Part shown: in pieces, positions 12,201 through 22,529 of the stretch
Position numbering within the stretch: position 1 is the first letter of the stretch
How the letters are laid out: each line of letters opens with the position of its first letter
Assembly (NCBI GenBank): GCA_002633005.1
Contig: NMRA01000228.1
Location: forward strand, 561,272-625,271
Reading direction: 5' to 3'
Length of the DNA stretch: 64,000 nt
Source: Phoronis australis
Taxonomy: Eukaryota > Animalia > Phoronida
Program-made: the position numbers and the translations under genes
The notes under the pieces: generated by a model
The model's database searches: none
What the model was told of the DNA's origin: nothing
Seen by the model: the letters and a program-made list of their open reading frames with translations, nothing else

Positions 12201-15200
12201 CAACGCATGTTCATAAAATTTGGCGTATAGGCATCTATTAGTGAGTTGAGGCTATCCTCCCATCTTCCGATGGATTGGAGGTATTTTGATCCACCTAGTG
12301 GCCATTTTTGCTGTTTTTTGGCGTCAGCTCCTCTATCAACCAAACTGCTCTGAGGATAATTGTGAAAATTAGCAGGTATTTTCTTACTATGAAGAAGACG
12401 GCTGACAATAAGTTTCCGACTACGTCAACTACTGTGGCGCCTCCTAGTGGCAGGTTTGTTTTTTGCACCCATGCCTATATTTCCTAAACACTATGCAGGA
12501 TCATTACTAAATTTAGCAAGTGTATTTAATGAAGTTGTAAACGGACAACAAAGACTTATGTATGGATCTGACTACCAGTGTCCCCCCTTGTGCCAATTTA
12601 GTTTGTTACGTTTACCTCATATCTTCAAAGGTCCTTGATGGATTTTCATAAAATTTGGTTTATATGCATCTATTGGTGAGATGACGCTATCCTTTGTTTT
12701 GAATGGATTTGAGGTACTTTGCACCACCTAGTGGCCATTTTTGCTGTTTTCAAATTTTTTGACATCCATCACTGCATCCGTCTGGCATCTGCTGCTGACT
12801 ACTGTGGTGCCTCCTAGTGGCACTTTTTGTGTGTGGCTGTATCTTCTCTCTTTGTTAAATTTGGCCAGTTTATTTCCGTGACATGTTAGAATATGTCTGA
12901 TTACTGTTGTGCCCCCTAGTGGCAATTTCATTTTTTTCTGTTTTTCTTTGTTTCTCTGAAATTTCTTGACAGATTTTTATGAAATTTGGTAATAGCTTTC
13001 TATTAAAGAAGCGATGGCATGTTCCGTTTTCGAATGGATTGGATGTTTTTGCCCCATCTAGTGGCCATTTTTATGCACCACATATTTATATGTGGACGCA
13101 TTACGCCGTTGTCTCCGTCCGTCCGTTCGGCGTCCGCTGCTCTATCTCCAAAACGCCTTGACGTATGTTCATGAAATTTTGCACGTGTTCCTTCCGTGGA
13201 TGGTGTGCCCCCTTGTGGCAATTTTATTTTTTTACATTTACCTCTGTATCTTCAAAAGTCCTGAACGGATTTTCGCAAAATTTGGCACCTATTAGTGAGG
13301 TGATTGTCCTGCTGTTTTCGGATGGATTCAACGTAGTTTGCACCACCTAGTGGACATTTTTACTGTTTTCGAGTCTGTTTTGTTGTGTTCACCCCTCTAT
13401 TAACCAAACCGCTCAAAGGATGATTGTGAAAATTGGCACGTATGTTCTTACTATGAAGTGAACAGCTGACGATGATTTCAAATACTGTGGCGCCTCCTAG
13501 TGGCAGTTTTGTTTTTTATGCGCCTATGGCTGCATCTCCTAAACTGTTTGAAGGATCTTTACTAAATTTAGTACGTAGGTCTGACAACAGTTGTGCCACC
13601 TAGTGGCAATTTTATCTTTTTACGTTTACTCGTGTATGTTCAAATGTCCTCAACTTATTTTCATAAAATTTGGCATACAGGCATTTTTTAATGAGGTGAC
13701 GCTATCCCTCCCGTTTTCAGATGGATTCGACCTAGTTTGTGCCACCTATTGGCCATTTTTATTGTTTTCGTCCACTCCTCTGTCAACCAAACCGCTTTCA
13801 GGATAATTGTGAAAATTGGCATGTATGTCTTTACTAGGAAGTGGACAACTGACGGTGATCTTCTAACGAGTTTGACTATTGTGGCGCCTCCTAGTGGTAG
13901 TTTTGTTTTTTTTCCGCTCATAGCTATATCTCCTAAACCGTTTGCATGATCTTTACTTAATTGAGCAAGTGTATTTTTTTTATGTTGACAATGGACGGCA
14001 ACGACTTTCGGACCGATCTGAATACTGGTGTGCCCCCTAATGGCAATTTTAGTTTTTTTAGGTTTGCCAGTCTTTATCTTCAAAGGTCCTCAATAGATTT
14101 TCATAAAATTTTGAATATAGTCATCTATTGGTGAGATGACGCTATCATCCTGTTTTTGGATGGAATCTAGGTATTTTGCACCACCTAGTGGCCATTTTTG
14201 CTGTTTTCAAATCTTTTCATCCACCCCTCGATCAATCAAATCATTCTAGGGATGGTTTTGAAAATTGGCGTATATGTTTTCAGTGTGAAGAGAACATTTG
14301 ATGATGGTGACTGGCTACTGTAGCGCCTCCTAGTGGTAGTTTTGTTTTGTTTTTCGCCCATAGTTGTGTATCCAAAACCCACTGCAGATCTTTATTAAAT
14401 TTCGTAAGTGAATTTATATGAAGATAACAGACGACTTTCAGGCGGATCGTATGGACACTATGCCCGCAAGTGGCAATTTCATTTTGTTCTGTTCTCCTTT
14501 ATTTCTCTAAGTTCCTTGACGGACTTTTATGAAATATGGCATGTTCCCGTTTTTGGATGGATTGTACATTTTTGTGCCATCTAGTGGCCTTTTTTATGAT
14601 ACAAATAAATAACCCTAAAAGCACACCATTTGCAATGCATTCATGGGTGCATTTCAACGCTCCGCGTTGCTCTTGTTATGATACAAATAAGTAACCCGAG
14701 AAGCACCCCATTTGGGGTGCATTCAACGCTCCACGTTGCTCTTGTTGTATATTTATCAAAACCCCTAGAAGTCTTCCATTTGTGGTGCAGCCATGGGTGC
14801 AATTTAACGCACCACGGTGCTCTTGTAGCGAGATGTTAACCTTTTCACTGGTGAATTTTATTGAAACTTCCAATTAGCACCCTCATATCCATGATCTCCA
14901 TGATAGCAAGTAGCAGCATATGTTAATATAAACAACAAGAGATTTAAACCGGCTTGACATGTTTCGGTGTTTTATTTCCATGAGTACTATGTCGCAAACC
15001 ATAACTGTCTGGCAAATCTATTCCTATCAAACAATGAACACTATTGAAATCTCGATTTACAACTTGTTCGTGGGCATCCTCCCCAAAGAACTGATGAATA
15101 CCTAACCAACACGAGGTTACGTCGATACCTTCGTCCAAAAGGCTTCATGGTAAAAATGGCAGGATGCACCAAACATCTGGAAACTGTCACAAAAATCCTT

Positions 15201-17881
15201 CAAGATGCTAAATATATCAGAAATTTTGTCACAATATGGCTTGGCCTCCAAAACTCGTACCTTTCTGTACCACACATCCTGATCCAATTTGCCTTAGAAA
15301 AAATACCAGAAGGGTGACTGCAATGAAAGTTACATGCAGGTGAACTGACTGGCTTCACCGTGGAATGTGAGTAACTCCTCAGCAAAAGGTACCCGCTCAT
15401 CCAAAACCTTTACGGCAAACAGATGGCGCTTCTCATAAATCACGTGTCATTTTATCGCTCAAATAAGACTGTCTGCCAGAGAATCTTAACCAAGCACCTT
15501 GACCTACATTCTGCTGGCTGACTGTAGCCACAGGTCACAAGAGTTCCCAAACCAGACAGTGTATGTCCTGATGAGTGGCGAATTTGTGTGGAAAAGAAAT
15601 CTTTGTGTCCGACTTTCCATGTTTAAAACCCCCATTTGTAATAACTATTTATAACATATAATTAACACGAAAGTGTTAATAATCTACGCTGTTGTGGTTG
15701 CTCGGCCTAAACGCTGGGGTAAAATATATATTCAATGAACGCGACCATGGTGAGGCTACTAAACCGGGCCCGGCCACTTTTCCGCCCTGCGAGATTTTCA
15801 TTGGCAAATCAACAACCATAATTTTAATTAGGTTTAAATATAACCACTATATTTTTTAAATTATGCTTGAATTATACATGGTGATATGCATGTTAGGTTT
15901 TATTCTCTTGCGATATTTTCTTTTTCGTTCAGTGTCTCGTTAGCCAACAACACTGAGCCCAGCAGACCGGACTGGCCGTGGCACGGCACGGCAGCTGATG
16001 GTTCACCAAGTAGAAACGTCTGTAATAGTTTATGTTCTATCAACACTAAGGCAAAAGAGAGTGGTTTCAACTTATATAGTATCTATTTAACGAACTATGA
16101 ACATATGTTGGTGGCCATGATTAATAACAGCTGACTGTATAAACAAAGAGTGAAGCACTGAGCTCATCATGTCACGTCACAACGGCAATGTGACGTCAGC
16201 AGCTGTAGAATGTAGGTCACGAGTTGCTTTACTTACATGTAACTGTCATCCATTAACTAGTCTCCTACCTTTGGCAACAGATTTGAAATTGTGTAGAAAA
16301 CCAACATGAGTGTGTCTGCCTTGCCGTCTCCGCAACTGTTTCATGTCTCAATGGAACATTCAAATAACATCACCAAGTGTTAATAGCTGAAGCGTTCAGC
16401 ATCCAGCTAAGTGTAACAAACACTCTCCACCAAGTCAAAATGGTGCAGTTCAAGACTGTCAATGTTGCTGCCCATCATAATCCAGATAAAGAATAGCATC
16501 AATCTATCTTCCCACCTTAGGATGTGGAAACTGCAAAACGTCCACACATCACTGTACTCTGAAACATATTATGAAGCTCACTGTACCAACAAAACAAAAC
16601 TTTTCAAACACCAACATCTGGGATAATACTAATATGAAGATCTAGTTGCTGAATGCACAAACAGTGAAAATCGGCAGTTTCGGTTTCTACAACAACTCTG
16701 CATTGTGTGAGTTATTACATGTGGCTAAACAAGAACAATAAAATCTTTCACAGACGCACGCATACACACTGCAAGGGTGTCGGAATGAGGAAAGGACAGT
16801 TATGTTTCTTAAAATCGTTTTAGCTCGGCAAAATCTGGTTCCAAGTCTAGAGACCTCAGATACTCCAAGAAGATGTACGACACATGCGCGCACCCAGTCT
16901 AAAAAAATGGGGGGCTTTAATTTTTGAGAATGTGGACCTAAGATTCACGGGGTACGTTCAGAGCATTGAATTGTGCAGTCGCCGAATTTTGGTAGTCTGT
17001 GCCTTTTAAGTGGACTTTTGTCTCTTTTTCTACCTATGGAATTTTTGTTTCTCTGAGGTGGACCTTTTTTCCCACTTTGCCAACCCCCCCGCCCTGCGTA
17101 CGCGCATGCGTCAACCATTCAAACATAAAGCCATCTGAAGACAGCCTCACATGGTTACTCAATCTGCAATACAAGTACCATTCAACAACATAACCTCAAA
17201 GATATGCATTTAGTGAACCTGTCAAAGGAAAAGTGCTAACAAATATTGAAACGAATCCTATCTTGTCTGATGAACTGTTGAACACATCATATAGAATCAT
17301 TCGTCAGCTGATTTCATCATCATCATTATTATATTGTTATTATTGTTATTATTATTATTATTATATTCCTTTAGATCTTATAATCTTGGTTATTCACAGG
17401 CATTTGACGGGGCAATTGCAGAGATTGACTCACTGAAAGAAGACACCTACAAGGACTCAACTTTGATTATGCAGCTGCTGAGAGATAATTTAACTGTAAG
17501 TTTATGTTGAACTTTTAGAGCAGAAAGTACTTCAGCATAGAGGAGGAGGTCTGTAAGCCCTGGCTCCCTCCTGGCTTTCTGAATTGCACATGCTTTTTCA
17601 GGTTGGGTTGTTCTCTCACTAGCGCCACCTGGTGAATTCCGATTCGCAACTGCTAAAAGTCGGTAGGAGTTTTGTCCATTTAAATTGTGGAATATAAGGC
17701 ACTTATCTGGGACTTGTACTTGCTACGTATTATTTAGCACATTGGAAGTTTGAAGAGGACGTAATTCCAATCAGAATCAGTAAAGTTCAACAGACTGTTG
17801 GAGGTAATTATCGCATTTGCTTTTTGCTTACAGTTGTGGACCAGTGAAGTAGGTGATGGTGGGGATGAAGAGCAACAATGA
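6165..17881 (+). CDS. 14-3-3: 14-3-3 protein (zeta-like), 5'-partial; exons 6165-6285, 8483-8640, 17400-17495, 17834-17881
   Basis: The four GT-AG exons splice in frame to ALLQDHLIP...[13 protein letters not shown]...[12 protein letters not shown]...[21 protein letters not shown]...stop. The N-terminal exon was not found in the window. Family is certain; exact orthology is not. Confidence 0.95.
6344..7320 (+). mobile_element. older diverged HINE family 1 copy
   Basis: TTTTATGCGCCC start and degenerate CCCCTAGTG units; an equivalent copy follows the paralogous exon at ~23141. Confidence 0.55.
7432..7659. mobile_element. MITE, CAGGGCTTGGAAT-TIR family
   Basis: Same termini and interior as 38127-38380; no clear TSD on this copy. 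Confidence 0.65.
8041..8112 (+). pseudogene. tRNA-like sequence (tRNA pseudogene or SINE head; anticodon loop reads GGT)
   Basis: 7-bp acceptor stem GTCCCGA/TCGGGAC; A-box TGGCTCAGTGG with D stem GCTC/GAGC; degenerate B-box GTTTGAGTCC; lacks U33 and has a weak T stem. Confidence 0.65.
8483..8640 (+). CDS. 14-3-3: 14-3-3 exon (helices 6-8)
   Basis: ttttag|TT...AAG|gtatg; [52 protein letters not shown]. Confidence 0.95.
9031..10564. mobile_element. non-autonomous DNA transposon, TTAA TSD (Kolobok-like)
   Basis: TTAA-GGATATCTCCAGCCTTATT ... AATAAGGTTGGAGATAACC-TTAA imperfect 19-bp TIR. Confidence 0.7.
9144..9357. mobile_element. nested MITE, TTAA TSD (Kolobok-like)
   Basis: TTAA-AGGAGAATGTCACCC ... 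GGGTGGCATTCTCCT-TTAA, TIR 14/15. Confidence 0.75.
10710..14826 (+). mobile_element. cluster of HINE family 1 copies in a 14-3-3 intron
   Basis: 5' ends with the CATATTTATATG hairpin and GTCC tract at ~11555 and ~13070; 3' ends at 11474, 14677, 14746, 14826; ~145-bp subrepeats. Confidence 0.75.
14950..16680 (+). mobile_element. highly degenerate RLE-type non-LTR retrotransposon remnant (R2/Hero-like)
   Basis: Frameshifted [21 protein letters not shown]...QDAK...[21 protein letters not shown] (15115-15317; RT-like) and [10 protein letters not shown]...KLTVP...YEDLVAEC (~16525-16660; RLE-like). Confidence 0.5.
16883..17108. mobile_element. MITE, CATGCGCGCACCCAG-TIR family
   Basis: Imperfect 15-bp TIR; TSD CGACA/CGTCA; empty site in the paralog at ~25564. 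Confidence 0.75.
17400..17495 (+). CDS. 14-3-3: 14-3-3 exon (helices 8-9)
   Basis: cacag|GCA...ACT|gtaag; [32 protein letters not shown]; 96 nt. Confidence 0.95.
17834..17881 (+). CDS. 14-3-3: 14-3-3 terminal coding exon
   Basis: ttacag|[15 protein letters not shown] with acidic tail. Confidence 0.93.
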   Translation: MWTSEVGDGGDEEQQ

Positions 17882-18934
17882 TCCTTCTCCAGTCGTCCTG
17901 CATTGAATTAGACATTATAAAACACCATGTAGATGTAGTCTTGTCACTTCTTTCGGCTATTTGGTAGCATGCTGTATGTCAACTAAGCCATATTAGGGCC
18001 TCCATGCCAAATACATTCTTTGCTATTGAATGAGTCAATTTTTCTTATTTTACAAGAAAGAAAGATTTCCCTTCTTTTGTGTTGTCCAATTTCAACGTCA
18101 TCCACGTGTTCACACCTAAGTTTATATCCTGTACTCTTAACCAATTTAGCACCTCATCGAAAAAGGAAATCTGGTGTTGAATTTCTCAAAAAACTTATCC
18201 AAAAAACACAAAACAATCTTTCTACTGCATTTCTATTAGTAATTGCATTGTACAGCTGTCATAAAACATGAGGTAAAGTTTTATTTGTAGCATTGTAGTT
18301 GGCCTTTGCAAATAGAAAAGCGTTGATTTTGGGTACGGTATGATTACGTTTCTTGCAAAGCAACTGAAGACACGTTTCCTATAAAATCCTTCCTTCTGTT
18401 AACTGGATTCAAATGTTGGTGATGGAGTAGTTGCTTGAAACTTTCTTTCATGGTTGACTGTTACAGTAAGCAACCAAAGCAATCCTGTCCTGTCCACTTT
18501 TTATATGTGCTTTATAAAAACATGTGTTAGATTTGGACATTATATTTGTAATATCAATTTAGTCTAGAAAGACCGATTATACAGATTATGACCTTGTTCT
18601 TACAGATGTCTTTACTCAATATCAATCTATAATTTTACTTAATTCTACAAAGGATGTGTGATGTATTGGGTTTAGTTTGAGTGAGACTTAACTATAATGT
18701 AAATGTACTAAAAGTAAAAACTAAGTTGTGTGCTTTCAGTACTGTTTCTAAGTACAGAAATGTACTAACAAACATCATTTGAATATAGTACATTGAAGTA
18801 TCCAGTTGCACCAGGATTTTTGTTTTTATTCACGAAGTCGGGAGGACAGCACCACCTCCTCCCACTAAACAGGAGGCGTCGTACTTACACCCCCCNTGTT
18901 ACTAGAAAATGCCATTGGTCAAAGAAGAGCTTGT

Positions 18935-18940
18935 AATAAA
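18935..18940 (+). terminator. candidate polyadenylation signal of the 14-3-3 gene
   Basis: AATAAA ~1 kb after the stop, at the end of AT-rich UTR-like sequence. Confidence 0.4.
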
Positions 18941-20361
18941 GATAAAATGATAGAAAAAATATTACATGTGTGCACGAAACAAATACAAAGAAAGATTTAG
19001 GAAACGCATTTGAGTCCCTATCAGGGCTTGCTTCGGGCAACCGGGCATAGGAACCCTACTAAATTGGCAAGGGTTAATTGAGTGGCTTTTTCCTTCTTTT
19101 GAAATTGATCATCATTTGAATAAATCTCAGCTCTTGGGTCGAGCTTGCTAATGGCTATCCTTAACATGCCCTCCTTATTTGTATATTTTTTCTTTAAAGA
19201 ACACGGAGGTTTTTGTGAAAGCGTTCTGCCATTAATGTAAAGGATGGTGACGCGATGGTGGAACGAGGGTAACCGTGACGCAACGACTGAATCGACTCTT
19301 TTTCAGTTCGTTTAAATGGTAAAGCATTTCAAATTAGAGTATTTGGACAGCATGCCTTTCATCATAAGAGTCCTCGCAGATTGTAAACTAAAAACCAGGC
19401 ACTGTCAAAACATTCACGAGGGGAAGTAGGAAATTTTCAAACTGATCACAATGTGGTTGAAACGATGTCAGATACCTTTCCCAAAGAATTCTAAGAAAAT
19501 CATTTTGACGATGTTATGAGAAAAGCATAAAAAATGAAGATGGGGTTGGTCATTTTCATCATTAAGGTGCTCAAAGAGCATGTTGGCCAATTCTGGACTT
19601 TTCATGTTGCCACTATCTAGTCGGCTTGAGCGTTATTAGGAAGGGACCGTTATAAGCTATGAAACGTTATAAACCAGATTTAATTCATTCAGTGTAACGC
19701 GGTTCGAATGTGTAGGAGTCATTTCAACAGGTCATTTTCACGTCTAAATACGCAATTGCATCATCCTGATCACGCACTGGGGTTGGATTTTTGGTTGGTG
19801 TCTCAATACTCCACTAGTCTCGTTCTTCAACCTCTCACAGTGGCTTCTGTCTAGGTCATGAGCCGATGTAAGTGTGACTGAGCTTTCACGAAATTATATA
19901 CTGTCACCGTCGTAGCCACGAGGGAGGGGCACGCCCGCTGCTTCAGTGCAAAAAGACCTCCTAAGCAGAATCTGATATCATATTGCTTGTCCCTTGTTTA
20001 GAGCTATAAGTACTTCGCACCCTTGAGTGGTGAATGTTGCCTGACGGTAAGTTACCGTCTTTCTAGGACAGCGTGAATGCCTTTCTGTGGATTTCTGGCG
20101 TTGGTCCTCTTCCATCGAGTCTGTTACTTGGAAGTCATAGTCTGCAAGGTCGTGCACCAGTGACGCTGATTTACCATCACTAACATTTGAAGGCCTTTTT
20201 GGATGACCATTGTGTTTTGAGTTTATCTTCGATGAAGCTTGTGACATCTTTGAAAAACCTCCAATCTAAAATTGTGAACCACTTTCTACAGAGGTACTTT
20301 CCACGGAAGAAAAATAAGAAGTATAAAGGTAGACAACCTTAAGGCAACTTACTGTTAAATA

Positions 20362-20590
20362 CATGCGCGCACTCAGCCTTCAATACGGGGGCTCGAATTC
20401 CCGACGTTGTAGACCTTTTGCCAACAAAAGGGCGGGCGGACTAAAAAAAATACGCCGGGAGCAACTCCGTGAATTGCGCGTTTGCGCTTATTTAGTGGGC
20501 TTTTGTCCCATTTTCTCGGACTTTGTCTCTCTCGGGGGCGGACCTTTCTGTCCACTTTGCCAAATAGGGGGCTCGAATGAGTCTCCCCTC
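20362..20590. mobile_element. truncated MITE, CATGCGCGCAC family (reverse orientation)
   Basis: Reverse complement of the 30701-30960 interior; only one TIR present. Confidence 0.65.
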
Positions 20591-22529
20591 GTAATCTACA
20601 CCACTCTTCCTGGGTTGAGAATGAAGTCAAAAGCGTAATGCACCCATGGACAAGCAAGATAACCAAATTTCAAAGGCATAAACCATGAATCACCTCATTC
20701 CACAGGACAATACAATTCTTAACAAGAAACGTTCTGTTCAAAACCAGCACTGAGGCACCCTGCAACATATGGGAGCGGCATGAGTGAGACATGGTTGGGG
20801 TCTAGCATGTCGGTTGACAGGTTGTCGGAAGTGGTTCTAGGACTGATGAAAAATATCAGAGGCATGGGGCGGTGCGCATAAAGAATGGCCATGTTGTATG
20901 CCTAATTGTCGGGTTTGTTCACTAATTTTGCCGGGAAATCGCTGGTTGTCAAGAGCCGTAGCTCAAGAGTTCCGCTTCATGAACAAAAATGTCATAATTA
21001 AAATGAAGCAATGAAATTTGGCTTGATTTAATAACTGCAACACTATAAAACTCAGCCGAGCAGACAGTCGGAAGTTCAGGAAGCAAACTCTCGCGGCTAG
21101 TCTCGTCGTCGCAAGTTCTAATTAACAATAATAATGGAATACATAGTTCTTGCAACTTCTTGCTTGGCCTGAGTTATTATTACAGGCCGCTCTCACTGAA
21201 AACCGAGCCATATGTAACTCATTGCCCAACAAAAGATGGCAGTTCCGTCATCACGCCTTTTTGTCGTCAAGAGATGACTGTTTTTCAATTTACTGGAATA
21301 ACATTAAATTTTTGATACGTAAGTTACAACCCAAAAAAACTAAAACACAACAACCGCTGTATCATCATCAAAAAGATTTTCATCACTAGCTCCGGCTAAA
21401 TAAATTGATTACCAAACTTCGCGTTTATGATCAAAGTACTGTTACGAACTATTAATATACTACAACAATAAATTTACAAATATGTGTCACTAGTCGAATT
21501 TCAATCACACCAAAACAAATACTTCAAAGCACCGGTAGTCCTTAAAAAGCTGAATGAGTTGAGTCAAGATTATGTAGTCGACGAACACAACATGAGAAAT
21601 GGCGCAACACAGTCCGGAATCGTTAGTAGTCCGGAATCACTAAATAAGACCGTTGACTGTTGTCTGTCTGATTTTCTCTAATATTATAACAAACTTTGAA
21701 TCCCTTACCACGCAATGCATTCAAACTAATGCCCGCACCCAGGGGGGCGGGGGGACGCGGGGTTGCCTTCGCAAGCTGAATTTAATTCATGTTACTTGTA
21801 CCCTTTCAATTACCACCGTAATGCCCTTTTATTTTACCAAAAATATTTTTCTCTGAAAATGAAAGATTGTCAGCCGTACGTAAACAAACCGTGAATTATT
21901 TGTAGCAAATACATTTTGTAAAGTGTTACGATTCACTTACGGATTCTTACGAGCAGTTTTCGAATGGTTACGTGTTGGTGCGTGTGGTTTGCGATCGTTT
22001 GCTTGTTAATTACGGATAAATCAATTCGTAGACGATCGCCAGAAGATTTTTGATTTGTCAAAAAAGTCCCTAGTCTTTCCCGTAACTTTACAAGTGTCAA
22101 GATTTTGGATATTTTATTATATTTTACTCATTTGCAGTGATCGGTCGTTAGTTAACCAATGCATAATAAAACACGTGCTGGCGTCGGCGTGAATAGGGTC
22201 TATGGGGATTTTTCATTGAACGACAGAGTAGTAGTTTACATCGACGATTGCGTCAGTCCGCTTCCTTTACTTCAGCTTCGCACCCCNNAAAAAACAGATA
22301 TCGACATGTGTCTTTCATTTCACTCTATTGATTTAGACTTTTCGACAGGTTTCAGTGGTCCGTGTGTGTTAGTTGTGACCACATTAGCGTCACCATATAG
22401 TAAAGGTTACCTAATCTTGTCGCTTTGAGCTCACCATAGCACCATCTTATCTCTCAAGTGATGGAAAAAACCGGGACCTTAAGCCTAACTTCAGATATCT
22501 TCGAGTTGTTCGTAACTATCGTGTAATTC

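Noticed and set aside
64-14873. Many similar short ORFs (MPLGGT..., ...[11 protein letters not shown]) suggesting a peptide gene family
   Set aside because: They are translations of the HINE subrepeats on both strands; frames are not preserved between copies.
19978-20247. 89-aa minus-strand ORF with RxxRKxVxY (shugoshin-motif-like)
   Set aside because: The similarity is too short, with no supporting exons or splice pattern.
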